From an uncultured Chitinophagales bacterium (GTDB taxonomy: Bacteria > Bacteroidota > Bacteroidia > Chitinophagales > S012-47): a DNA stretch of 64,000 nt. Shown piece by piece: positions 9,109-18,096 of the stretch. The first letter of the stretch is position 1; the number at the start of each line of letters is the position of its first letter. The translations under genes were made by a program, and so were the position numbers. The DNA lies in contig CAYRDC010000002.1 in the NCBI GenBank assembly GCA_964422925.1, forward strand, positions 3,719 to 67,718. Direction: 5' to 3'. The notes below the pieces were generated by a model. It made no database searches. It saw only the letters and a program-made list of their open reading frames with translations, and was not told where the DNA came from.

Positions 9109-9876
9109 TTAGGATTTCAATTTATTTTTCAAATCATTAAACCTGTCATTGATTTCATTTTGCATAGCTAAAATTTGTTTCATTACTTTTTTGTTTCTTT
9201 TATCGATCAATAATTCTAAACGCTGGATAATCAAATCGTAATTCTTTAAAAGGGTCATTGCTATTTCATGACCTTCTTTGATAAATTCTTTAGTAGCCTT
9301 TATTGCGGTGGTTTTTTCATATTTTGTCGGATGTTTCAATCCTTCCAACAGCACATACTTGATCCTTTTACCATGTGCCTGAAAATAGAGGTTGATAAAG
9401 GTTTCTATTCCAAATTTTATTTCCCGTATATCGTTGAGAATTGGAAGAATGTCCTTTTTCAGTAATGCTCTTTCACCGGTCAGTGATTTAAATGGGTTTA
9501 CCCGGTAATCGATCAAAGTTTCATAAGGTTGCCCTAGCACCATATCCGCATCATTTTCAAATATGGGTTTTAATAATTTTTCGAAATGTTCTTTTTTTAT
9601 GTCTGAAACATCCGCATCAAAGAATAAAATAACCTCATTACTTGATTTTTCAACGCCATGAACCATTGCCCAACTTTTTCCTTTGTTAGGTTGTAACTTC
9701 TCATATCTGAATGAATAGTCTTTTGCTAATTCATTCAGAATATCTTCAGTGTTATCCGTTGAACCATCGTCAACAACAATTATCTCGCAATCCGGATTGT
9801 ATTTGCAACAGGCACTTACAACATCTGCGATAGTCTTTTCTTCATTGTAAGCACAAATAATAATGCTTGTCTTCAT
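9109..9876 (-). CDS. Family 2 glycosyltransferase
   Basis: 255 aa. N-terminal GT-A signature SIIICAYNEE...IIVVDDGSTDNT and a DxD-like FFDADV. Very AT-rich gene. Confidence 0.85.
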   Translation of the reverse strand: MKTSIIICAYNEEKTIADVVSACCKYNPDCEIIVVDDGSTDNTEDILNELAKDYSFRYEKLQPNKGKSWAMVHGVEKSSNEVILFFDADVSDIKKEHFEKLLKPIFENDADMVLGQPYETLIDYRVNPFKSLTGERALLKKDILPILNDIREIKFGIETFINLYFQAHGKRIKYVLLEGLKHPTKYEKTTAIKATKEFIKEGHEIAMTLLKNYDLIIQRLELLIDKRNKKVMKQILAMQNEINDRFNDLKNKLKS

Positions 9877-10291
9877 GGTGTGAGCGTTTTATTATTTGGA
9901 TTGTTCTGGTGTCTTTTAAATGCACTTCAACGGTTTAACGTAACGCAGAGCAGGGGTGTTAAACTGCTTGCCTTTCAGACGTTTATGATGTCATTTTATT
10001 GTTTGTCATCGTCTTTTATAACTCTTCGGCTGCTTTGCTTTATCCGGGTGTTCACTTGCGGTTTCATTTTTTATTGGCAGGCAGCGTTTCTTTTAAATCT
10101 CACAGGCTCTAAATTACCTTTTAATATTTGTAAAACTGAATTTACGGTTGATCATAAAGAAAAGACTTTACCGGTATGAAGGGGGCTGTCAATGAAGAAA
10201 GCATTTTGCTGAATCGTAAGACGCTTTTCTCAACTTTTGAACCAAAAGGAAGTGAAACTGGTAAACAAACTCAGGACATAAGCAGAATTCA

Positions 10292-11173
10292 ATGATTCGT
10301 TCAACCGGTATAAAACGATTGAGTATGGGGACAACTGGTAACAGAACCTTTGGCTTATCCAAATTGGCAAAAGCTCTTGAAGACATAAAACCGGTCGATC
10401 ACCGGATGCCTGTATTATTCTGTGGGCACGGGTCTCCCATGAATGCCATTGAGGACAATGCTTTCACCGGGGCATTGAGAAAACTGGCGGATGACATACC
10501 CCGGCCTAAGGCCATACTCTGTATTTCAGCGCATTGGTTAACGCGGGGCACTTACGTGAATATCTCCCCGAGCCCCAGGATGATTTACGATATGTATGGT
10601 TTCCCCGGGGAGTTGTATGAAGTGACCTATCCAGCTCCCGGGGCTCCTGAAATTGCCAAAGAAGTGCAGAATCTGGTTACCAGGACAACGGTTGGGGCAG
10701 ACACCGAATGGGGCTACGATCATGGTAACTGGGCGATAATGAAACGGCTCTATCCCGATGCGGACATCCCCTTATTTCAAATGAGCATTGACTATTATAA
10801 GCCGGCACAGTATCATTATGAACTGGCGAAAGAACTGGCGGCATTGAGAAAAAAGGGCGTTTTAATTATTGGCAGTGGCAACATAACGCATAACCTCCGC
10901 ATTTTTGATATGTCTGACATAAACGCCCGGCCACTGGATTGGGCAGAGGAATTTGACACCCTGGTTAAGAACTCCCTGGTGTCCGGAAATCATAAAGAAC
11001 TGATTGATTATTCAAAATATGGCCGTTCGGCTCAATGGGCCGTGCCGGAACCCAGTCATTATTACCCATTGCTCTATTCAATTGCCTTGCAGCATAAAAG
11101 CGATATGATCACCTTTCCTTATGAAGGCTTTCATTATGCCTCAGTTTCCATGCGCTGTGTGCGGATTGGTTAG
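10292..11173 (+). CDS. Class III extradiol ring-cleavage dioxygenase (4,5-DOPA dioxygenase / YgiD-like)
   Basis: 293 aa. Motifs MPVLFCGHGSPMNA, ISAHW, YDHGNW and GSGNITHNL are typical of the LigB/YgiD family. The N-terminal ~38 aa extension or true start is uncertain. Confidence 0.85.
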   Translation: MIRSTGIKRLSMGTTGNRTFGLSKLAKALEDIKPVDHRMPVLFCGHGSPMNAIEDNAFTGALRKLADDIPRPKAILCISAHWLTRGTYVNISPSPRMIYDMYGFPGELYEVTYPAPGAPEIAKEVQNLVTRTTVGADTEWGYDHGNWAIMKRLYPDADIPLFQMSIDYYKPAQYHYELAKELAALRKKGVLIIGSGNITHNLRIFDMSDINARPLDWAEEFDTLVKNSLVSGNHKELIDYSKYGRSAQWAVPEPSHYYPLLYSIALQHKSDMITFPYEGFHYASVSMRCVRIG

Positions 11174-11453
11174 GTTTGGCCGATAAAGAATTCTGCAAAA
11201 AGAGAGGGGCGAGAAGGCTTTTAACATGCCAAGGCATCAGCGAGGGATGCACAAATGTATCGACCCGGCAAAAGCACTATGTACCCGGGTAATGTTCCTT
11301 AAAAACGAGTGTTCGTCCAGGTAATCGGTGCCGGCATTGGGGGCACGTCCACATGGCTATTCGGGTGGTTTGTGACGGGCACAACGGCCAAGTATTACAA
11401 GGGTAGCATCCAGATAGGGTGCTATGATTTGTTATACATTGTTTGGCATAGGA

Positions 11454-12434
11454 TCATTTAATCATCAATCTTTTAAGCCCTTCTTTTTCTGTAATAACCG
11501 GCTTATAGTCCAATTCGGATTTGATTTTTGATATATTGTATTTACGACCCATTGCGACAAAAGCGACATCAAATCTTGTAATTATAGGCGTTGATTTAAT
11601 GCGAAATGTTTTCCAGATAAACTCCATTATCCCTGCTAAAAGGTTGGCTACCCATTTTGGTATGCTTTTCCGGGGTGGTTGTATTCCTTGTGTCTGTATT
11701 AATTTGGTTAAAAATGAATTTACTGTTTGAGGATTATCATCAGTTACAAAATATATTTCATTGCCTTTATCATATCCTTTTTCCATAGCCAAATAGATAG
11801 CTTCTGCAACATTTTTAGCATGCACCATTTCGAACCAACTCTTTCCCTTGCTTATCCACATAAAATCATTTGATTTGATTTTATCTATAATAGTATCAAG
11901 CGCTTTTACTCCTTCTCCCCAAATGAAAGCCGGGCGGATAATTATGCTTTTCATATTTCCGCTTTGAGACAATATAAACTTCTCTGCCAACATCTTGGCT
12001 TTGCCATAATATGAGTTAGGCTCTTTGGGATACGGTTCTGTTTCATCAATGTCAATAAGGTCTTTTTTGTCTTGTAAAACACTTTCTGAACTAATAAAAA
12101 TAAATTGTTTGACATTATATTTCTCAGCGGCTTTGTAAAGATCTTCGGTAGCTTCTACTATTCCTTTTTTAAATTTTTCCCAGGGTCCCCAAAATTCAAC
12201 AGGTGCAGCACAGTGAATTACGACATCTATATTTTCCAAATAATGTTTCCATTCATTGATAGTCTCTAAGGAACCATGAACAGGCTCTACTCCCAGGGAA
12301 ATAAGTTTCTTATTAGAAGACTCTGAACGGGCTAATCCGTGCAAAACATAATGTTCTTTTGCCAGCCGTTTTATGACTTGTTGTCCTAAAAATCCGCTTC
12401 CTCCCGTAATAAATACTCTTTTTATTCCTTCCAT
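11454..12434 (-). CDS. NAD-dependent epimerase/dehydratase (SDR) family protein
   Basis: Rossmann motif VFITGGSGFLG near the N-terminus and YGKAK (YxxxK). The start is placed at Met14 (MEGIKRVF); the ORF extends to 12473. Confidence 0.85.
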   Translation of the reverse strand: MEGIKRVFITGGSGFLGQQVIKRLAKEHYVLHGLARSESSNKKLISLGVEPVHGSLETINEWKHYLENIDVVIHCAAPVEFWGPWEKFKKGIVEATEDLYKAAEKYNVKQFIFISSESVLQDKKDLIDIDETEPYPKEPNSYYGKAKMLAEKFILSQSGNMKSIIIRPAFIWGEGVKALDTIIDKIKSNDFMWISKGKSWFEMVHAKNVAEAIYLAMEKGYDKGNEIYFVTDDNPQTVNSFLTKLIQTQGIQPPRKSIPKWVANLLAGIMEFIWKTFRIKSTPIITRFDVAFVAMGRKYNISKIKSELDYKPVITEKEGLKRLMIK

Positions 12435-12453
12435 ATACGTATTGTTAGTTGTC

Positions 12454-12708
12454 TTAATATAATAATATTCCACTTATTTTGGCTCTTGCTACATTCCATA
12501 AATTTGGTTCTGTAAAAACGCTTCGGGCATCTTCCAAAGCGTAATACGCAATTCCTTCCTGAACTTTAAAGTAAGCATTAAGCCCCATCCAGGTTTCCCC
12601 TGTAAAAGAAGCGTTAGGATTGGGTGCAACTTGATCCTTTTTGCAGGAACCCAATACCATTATAATTAGAACAAAAGCAAATACAAATGAAAACCTTGTT
12701 TTACTCAT
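12454..12708 (-). CDS. Small hypothetical lipoprotein
   Basis: 84 aa. Signal plus lipobox (IIMVLGSC). No recognisable domain. Confidence 0.5.
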   Translation of the reverse strand: MSKTRFSFVFAFVLIIMVLGSCKKDQVAPNPNASFTGETWMGLNAYFKVQEGIAYYALEDARSVFTEPNLWNVARAKISGILLY

Positions 12709-12812
12709 TTGATATCATTGTTTTTCTACTGCTCAGAATAGTTGAGTTATCTTTTTGATTGGTATACAACAGTTTGGCCCAACTGCGTTTTCATGCAGGT
12801 TTCGCTGATGTT

Positions 12813-13511
12813 TTAAGCCGTTTTTCTTCCAAAAAATCTTATTACTGAACCTTTTCCTTTGTGATAACTCCCCGCATTTAATTCCACTATTTCTTCTTTT
12901 AATTCGATTATTTGAAAGTCAGGAAAGTCATTTTTAATTTCTTCTGTGGAAAAAAGCCTGTCTTCTTCCCTCGGCCCGCCTGCCTCGGGGTAGATTTTCT
13001 GGAACTCCGCGTGGTGTTTGCTGAATGCCTCAAAAATCACCACCCCGCTGGTTTTGAGGTATGCGGCCAGCTGCCTGTGGTAGGCTGACCTGAGCGGGGC
13101 AGCGAAATGGGCATAGAACAACCCGATGGCATCGAAGGTATTCTCCGGGAAGCTCAGTTCACTGAATTCACCCACCTGGTAAGTTATCTGCACCCCATGC
13201 TGCCGGGCCAGTCTCAGGGCCTTTTTCCGCCCTTCGGCACTGAGGTCGAAAGCAGTTACCTTCCAGCCCTGCCTTGCGGCAAACACCGCGTTGCGCCCTT
13301 CCCCCTCCGCGGGCAGGAGTATATGCCCGCGCCCTGGCAGGCCGGTGAGTACCTTACTTAAGTATTCATTTGGCTCGGTGCCGTAAACATATTCCTTGCC
13401 CCGGTACCTTTCGTTCCAGAATTCCTTTCTGTTCATAACTGCCTGTTTGGGCCACACGGTCCCCCGGGAGGCCGGGTTCAAAACTAAGGAATCCGTGGCA
13501 GGGTTTTCCAT
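12813..13511 (-). CDS. Class I SAM-dependent methyltransferase
   Basis: 232 aa. SAM-binding motif I-like ILLPAEGEGRNAVFAARQG followed by AFDLS. The true start is possibly the internal MNRKEFWNERY. Confidence 0.8.
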   Translation of the reverse strand: MENPATDSLVLNPASRGTVWPKQAVMNRKEFWNERYRGKEYVYGTEPNEYLSKVLTGLPGRGHILLPAEGEGRNAVFAARQGWKVTAFDLSAEGRKKALRLARQHGVQITYQVGEFSELSFPENTFDAIGLFYAHFAAPLRSAYHRQLAAYLKTSGVVIFEAFSKHHAEFQKIYPEAGGPREEDRLFSTEEIKNDFPDFQIIELKEEIVELNAGSYHKGKGSVIRFFGRKTA

Positions 13512-13557
13512 ATTCCACGGTGAGTTGTGGCTGTTTGAACTGCGGAATACGCCCGGT

Positions 13558-13959
13558 TTATCTCCTGTAAATCAGGTTGAGATCGGACAGCTCCTGCCCG
13601 ATCTGGTGTATCCCGGATAATATCTTCCGGGTTTGCCGCGGTGAAGGCTTTTTATGCCCGTTGATGTACTGGGACAACAGGGTAGGGTTCATCCCGATTT
13701 TCCGGGCCAGGAATTTCGCGTTCAGCACTTTATAATGTTCAAAGAATTGCTTGAAGTCAATTTCGAAATACAGGTTTTTGTGCGTAATGGTCAGGGTTTC
13801 TTCTTCCCCGAAATACATTTGCGCGGCCTCGTACGCGTTGCTGACCAATTCCGGAACGGTTCTGCCGGTAGTGAAGATGGGGTACTTTTCGGAATAGGCC
13901 GAAAACCCAGTATCCGTTTTTTCAACGATCATTTTTATTTTTTTCCTGGTGGTCTTCAT
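13558..13959 (-). CDS. hicB: HicB-family antitoxin with C-terminal XRE-type HTH
   Basis: 133 aa. N-terminal HicB fold-like segment (IVEKTDTGFSAYSEKYPIFTTG) and a C-terminal HTH (LARKIGMNPTLLSQYINGHKKPS). It lies 10 nt downstream of hicA. Confidence 0.8.
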   Translation of the reverse strand: MKTTRKKIKMIVEKTDTGFSAYSEKYPIFTTGRTVPELVSNAYEAAQMYFGEEETLTITHKNLYFEIDFKQFFEHYKVLNAKFLARKIGMNPTLLSQYINGHKKPSPRQTRKILSGIHQIGQELSDLNLIYRR

Positions 13960-13969
13960 GGGGTTCAGA

Positions 13970-14167
13970 TTAATTATTTTTCAGTTTTATACCAGCATCT
14001 TTCAGCAGCTTTCTTTCGAGCCCTTTACCGACTTCCTGGCTGCCATGGTTCGGAAATATGATGGTGCCTTTTTTATGGTCGTGTTTCATCTTTACGTGCG
14101 AACCTTTTTTTGAAACCGGATACCAGCCGTCTTTGATCAATAGCCGGTACAGCTCTGAGCATTTCAT
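13970..14167 (-). CDS. hicA: HicA-family mRNA interferase toxin
   Basis: 65 aa. Sequence MKCSELYRLLIKDGWYPVSKKGSHVKMKH is typical of HicA (the GSH motif). Confidence 0.85.
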   Translation of the reverse strand: MKCSELYRLLIKDGWYPVSKKGSHVKMKHDHKKGTIIFPNHGSQEVGKGLERKLLKDAGIKLKNN

Positions 14168-14302
14168 GTTTAGAAACGTGCCCGTCTTTTACAAAGGTAA
14201 ACAATTATTTACCCAACGTCAAGCTTTATTTGAAAAATTATTTCTGGAAGTGGAGTGAATCATTATTTATAACGATCGAATTATTTTACAAATTCTCATT
14301 AA

Positions 14303-15219
14303 CTAATTTTCCTCAAAATAGTCCATGTCAATCGTTTTGACCCGATATGTGTTTACAGTTGATAAGCCTATGTCATATTCAATCATCAAATCAGCAAGTT
14401 GCTTTCCATCGATAAGTATTATTTTATACCCTACTTGGCTAACGAATTCATAAACACTTTTTGGGAAGTTTGATGTTGTAATGAAGATTCCTTTTCTGGC
14501 TTTTTTTGAAGCCAGAGCTCCTGTAAAATCACGGATCTCTTTAACAGGTACAGTATTTTCCCAGCGCTTGGCTTGTAAATAAATAATGTCAAGCCCAAGC
14601 TTATCTTCCTTAATTATTCCATCGATTCCTCCGTCTCCTGATTTGCCTAATGCCTGTCCGGCTTCTTTTCTCGACCCACCATATCCCATTGCAATCAATA
14701 GGTCGATGACTAATTTCTCAAAAAATGATGGTGAACAGCTTTTTATAGTGTCAAGAAGTTCTTTTGCCAGGTCGTTTTTTAGTTTTTGATATGCATACTC
14801 TAAGGATTCTTCAGGGGTTCTGTCTGATTCTAATTCAAACAAAGCAGAAACTGGGGTTTCTCCAGCTTCTTTATGTTTTCTATAGGATTTAAACTCTACA
14901 AACTTTTCATAACGGTTAAGAAACTTGTTGTCTATTTTTTCAGGATTCTCTTTTAACAGTGACAATCCTCTTTCCGTAATAATAAATGTGCCCGTTTTGT
15001 TGAGGCTAGGAGTCCAGCTTTTTTCATGTATGTTCTTGCCCATCCAACACGATTTCGGAATATTGGTTGTGTCCCACTTGGCAATAGCTCTCTTAATTCT
15101 TCATCAGTAAGCTGGAAAAATTTTGTTAACTCATCTACCGCTTCAGAAAGGGAATGCTCCTTACCATCTTCAAGGAATTTAAGTAGTGGTAGCATTATTT
15201 CTTCGTAAGTGGGTATCAT
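14303..15219 (-). pseudogene. mrr: Mrr-type restriction endonuclease, split by a -1 frameshift
   Basis: ORF 15219->14953 encodes the Mrr_N winged-helix part (MLPLLKFLEDGKEHSLSE...RNRVGWARTYMKKAGLL). ORF 15043->14303 encodes the rest (GTFIITERG...; catalytic core GDGGIDG...LQAKRW). The frames switch at a GGG run (CCC 14991-14993 on +). One extra G would give ...LLASTKRGTFIITERG. Confidence 0.75.
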
Positions 15220-15424
15220 ACATTATACTTTAATAATCAAGCAAATATGTGATGTCAAAGGTTCAATAACTGTAAGTCAATATCTTGGATGTATTTTACA
15301 TGGCTTTTTAATACAGTAAGTTTTTTAGAGTGTTTAGTAAGATAAAGCTATTAAAATATGTTAATATTCAGAATAGAAGAAAGGATAAATCTGGAAGAAT
15401 GCGTTTGAAACCGTAATAGAAAGT

Positions 15425-15462
15425 AAAAAAAGCGCCCCCAACCGGAGGCGCTTCCTTTTTTT
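15425..15462 (-). terminator. Terminator downstream of tRNA-Glu (bidirectional shape)
   Basis: Stem AGCGCC (15431-15436) / GGCGCT (15447-15452) plus 2 inner C:G pairs. It is flanked by A6 (15425-15430) and a T-run (15456-15462). Confidence 0.7.
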
Positions 15463-15467
15463 AACTG

Positions 15468-15539
15468 CAGCCCGTAGGAGAATCGAACTCCTCTTTCCAG
15501 GATGAAAACCTGGCGTCCTAACCGATAGACGAACGGGCC
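15468..15539 (-). tRNA. tRNA-Glu (anticodon TTC)
   Basis: Hand-folded cloverleaf: GGCCCGT/ACGGGCT acceptor, GTCT..GGAC D-arm, CCAGG-TTTTCAT-CCTGG anticodon arm, AGGAG-TTCGATT-CTCCT T-arm. 72 nt, CCA not encoded. Confidence 0.9.
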
Positions 15540-15643
15540 TTTTCAGAAACGATGGGCAAAGATAAGGGATTTCCGGTTTTTCCGCACCAAAAAAATCCGG
15601 AAATATTTCCGGACATCGCCTTAACAATCTGCTGTCGTCTGCT

Positions 15644-15651
15644 TACTTTTG
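15644..15651 (+). promoter_or_regulatory. Candidate Bacteroidota -7 promoter box (TACTTTTG) for gap-pgk
   Basis: Matches TAnnTTTG 38 nt upstream of the gap ATG. No clear -33 element was seen. Confidence 0.35.
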
Positions 15652-15688
15652 TTCCATTCCTTAAAACCAACAAAAAAACCATTCAGCT

Positions 15689-16687
15689 ATGGCGAAGGCA
15701 CGAGTAGCGATCAACGGTTTCGGGCGCATCGGGCGGCTTACCATGCGTGCCCTTCTGAAGGAACCGGACGTGGAAATTGTGGCCATCAATGACCTGACAG
15801 ACAACCAGGTGCTGGCCCACCTGTTCAAATACGACACGGCCCAGGGCACTTTCCCGGGCGAGGTGTCGGCTGACGGGAAAAACCTGTATATCAACGGCAA
15901 GGCCATAGACGCCATGTCGCAACCGGATCCGGAAAAACTTCCCTGGGCTGAAAAGCAGGTGGACGTGGTGCTGGAATGCACCGGCCGGTTCCGGACCGAA
16001 GAAGGCATGGGCAAGCACCTGAAAGCAGGCGCGAAAAAAGTATTGCTGTCGGCACCGGGCAAGGGAAATATCAAAACCATCGTGCTGGGGGTCAATGACC
16101 ATGAGCTCACGGCCGGTGACGTATTGGTATCCAATGCCAGCTGCACGACCAACTGCCTGGCGCCCATGGTAAAAGTGCTGCACGAGCAATTCGGGATCGA
16201 AAAAGGATTCATGACCACGGTGCACGCCTACACGGCCGACCAGCGCATACAGGACGCCCCGCACAGCGACCTGCGCAGGGCCCGGGCTGCCGCGCAAAAC
16301 ATTGTGCCCACCTCCACCGGGGCCGCCAGGGCCATCGGGCTGGTGCTTCCCGAACTAAAAGGCAAACTGGACGGGACAGCCATGCGCGTGCCGGTCATTG
16401 ACGGCTCGGTCACGGAACTGAACGCCATCCTGCAGCGCGAGGCCACCGTGGAAGAAATCAACGCAGCCATGGAAAAGGCTGCTTCCAATGAGCTGAAGGG
16501 GATCATGCGGTATTGCACCGATCCGATCGTCAGCAGCGATATCCTGGGCGACCCGCATTCCTGCATTTTTGATGCGGAATTCACCAAATCCATGGGCAAA
16601 TTTGTGCGGGTGCTGGGCTGGTACGACAATGAAGCCGGGTATTCCCACCGCCTGGCCCAGCTGCTCGTTAAACTGGTTAACCTTTAA
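15689..16687 (+). CDS. gap: Glyceraldehyde-3-phosphate dehydrogenase, type I
   Basis: 332 aa. INGFGRIGR NAD-binding motif and the SNASCTTNCLAP active site. Confidence 0.97.
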   Translation: MAKARVAINGFGRIGRLTMRALLKEPDVEIVAINDLTDNQVLAHLFKYDTAQGTFPGEVSADGKNLYINGKAIDAMSQPDPEKLPWAEKQVDVVLECTGRFRTEEGMGKHLKAGAKKVLLSAPGKGNIKTIVLGVNDHELTAGDVLVSNASCTTNCLAPMVKVLHEQFGIEKGFMTTVHAYTADQRIQDAPHSDLRRARAAAQNIVPTSTGAARAIGLVLPELKGKLDGTAMRVPVIDGSVTELNAILQREATVEEINAAMEKAASNELKGIMRYCTDPIVSSDILGDPHSCIFDAEFTKSMGKFVRVLGWYDNEAGYSHRLAQLLVKLVNL

Positions 16688-16698
16688 CGTCAACCGCC

Positions 16699-17889
16699 AT
16701 GAAAACCGTTGCCGACCTCGACCTGAAAGGACTGAAAGTACTGGTTAGGGTCGATTTCAATGTCCCGCTCGATGAGGAGCTGCGGGTGGCGGACGATATG
16801 CGTATCCGTGCCGCGCTGCCTACCATACGCCTGCTGCTCGACAAGGGGAACGAGGTAATCCTGATGTCGCACCTCGGCCGGCCGAAGAGCGGCCCGGAAG
16901 ACCGGTTTTCGCTCAAACATGTACTTCCCCGTTTGTCGGAACTGGTGGACGCGGAAGTGTTTTTTGCACCGGATTGCATCGGGGAACCGGCCCGGGAAGC
17001 CGTATCCCGCCTGAAACCGGGGCAGGTGCTGCTGCTGGAAAACCTGCGCTTCCACCCGGAGGAAAAGAAAGGGGACGAAGCCTTCGCCCGGCAACTGGCT
17101 GAACTGGCGGATTTCTATGTGAACGATGCTTTCGGGACCGCCCACCGCGCCCACGCCTCCACGGCCGTGATTGCCCGGTATTTCACGGGCCGCAAAGCCA
17201 GCGGGTTGCTGCTCGCGGCTGAAGTGGAAAACGCCCGCAAGGTACTGCACGAAGCCGATAAGCCCTTCACCGCCATCATGGGCGGGGCCAAAGTGTCGGA
17301 TAAAATCCCCATTATCCGGAATCTGATGAAACGGGCCGACCATATCCTGATCGGGGGCGGCATGGCCTATACCTTTGTGGCCGCCCGGGGCGGGCAAATC
17401 GGGAATTCGCTATGCGAACCCGAACAATTCGAACTGACCCTGGAGCTCCTGAAAGAAGCCCGGGAAAGCCAGACCGGGATTCACCTGCCGTTCGACAGTG
17501 TGATAGCCGACAGCTTTTCGGAAACGGCCAATCACCGCATAAGCCCGGTGAACCAGATTCCGGACGGCTGGATGGGCCTCGATATCGGCCCGGATACCAT
17601 TGCCCGTTACAGCGAAATCATCCAGCGCTCGGCCACCGTGCTCTGGAACGGCCCTATGGGGGTTTTCGAAATGAAACCCTATGCCGAAGGGACCAAAGCC
17701 ATCGCCCGGGCCGTGGCCGAAGCCACCGCGAAAGGTACCTACAGCCTCATAGGCGGGGGCGACTCGGTTTCTGCCGTAAACCAGCTCGGACTGGCCGCCC
17801 GGATGAGCTATGTCTCAACCGGTGGCGGAGCCCTGCTCGAAATGCTCGAAGGAAAAACCCTGCCCGGAGTCCAGGCCCTTCTGGATTGA
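16699..17889 (+). CDS. pgk: Phosphoglycerate kinase
   Basis: 396 aa. RVDFNVP, MSHLGRPKG-like (MSHLGRPKSG) and GGGDS motifs. Confidence 0.97.
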   Translation: MKTVADLDLKGLKVLVRVDFNVPLDEELRVADDMRIRAALPTIRLLLDKGNEVILMSHLGRPKSGPEDRFSLKHVLPRLSELVDAEVFFAPDCIGEPAREAVSRLKPGQVLLLENLRFHPEEKKGDEAFARQLAELADFYVNDAFGTAHRAHASTAVIARYFTGRKASGLLLAAEVENARKVLHEADKPFTAIMGGAKVSDKIPIIRNLMKRADHILIGGGMAYTFVAARGGQIGNSLCEPEQFELTLELLKEARESQTGIHLPFDSVIADSFSETANHRISPVNQIPDGWMGLDIGPDTIARYSEIIQRSATVLWNGPMGVFEMKPYAEGTKAIARAVAEATAKGTYSLIGGGDSVSAVNQLGLAARMSYVSTGGGALLEMLEGKTLPGVQALLD

Positions 17890-17894
17890 CCCGG

Positions 17895-17917
17895 TTTCCC
17901 GGAAAAACTCCGGGAAA
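17895..17917 (+). terminator. Hairpin after pgk (weak terminator candidate)
   Basis: 9-bp stem TTTCCCGGA / TCCGGGAAA starting 6 nt after the pgk stop. No T-run follows, so intrinsic termination is uncertain. Confidence 0.3.
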
Positions 17918-18030
17918 AGCCCCCTCCGCCTCCTGTAAAATCCGTTAAATCAATGATTTAGAATCCGCTTACCCCGCTGGGGAGCCCCCGGATATACCTG
18001 AAATTGTGGATAACTTTTTCCTGTTTATTG

Positions 18031-18055
18031 GTGGGAAAAAGTGGTATTTTGTGGG
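18031..18055 (+). promoter_or_regulatory. Triple direct repeat GTGGG-N5-GTGGT-N5-GTGGG: candidate MraZ operator
   Basis: Repeats sit at 18031-35, 18041-45 and 18051-55 with exact 10-bp phasing. They lie immediately upstream of a TAnnTTTG box and 42 nt upstream of mraZ. Confidence 0.7.
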
Positions 18056-18064
18056 AAAATGCGT

Positions 18065-18072
18065 TATTTTTG
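18065..18072 (+). promoter_or_regulatory. Candidate -7 promoter box (TATTTTTG) of the dcw cluster
   Basis: Matches TAnnTTTG 25 nt upstream of the mraZ ATG. Confidence 0.45.
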
Positions 18073-18096
18073 ATGATTAACTGACAATTAAGTGTC

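Noticed and set aside
9880-10179. 99-aa hydrophobic ORF between GT2 and the dioxygenase
   Set aside because: Phe/Leu/Cys-rich translation of AT-rich divergent-promoter DNA. No signal or domain logic is visible.
15361-15627. 88-aa ORF overlapping tRNA-Glu and its terminator
   Set aside because: It runs through a tRNA gene and a terminator hairpin, so it is spurious.
15661-17397. Several 185-235 aa minus-strand ORFs over gap and pgk (15661..16218, 15683..16297, 16690..17397)
   Set aside because: They overlap two of the best-supported genes in the window and have low-complexity R/G/P/H-rich translations.
17412-17948. 178-aa Arg/Pro-rich + strand ORF overlapping the 3' part of pgk in another frame
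   Set aside because: It is an alternate frame of pgk with a composition typical of an off-frame GC-rich translation.
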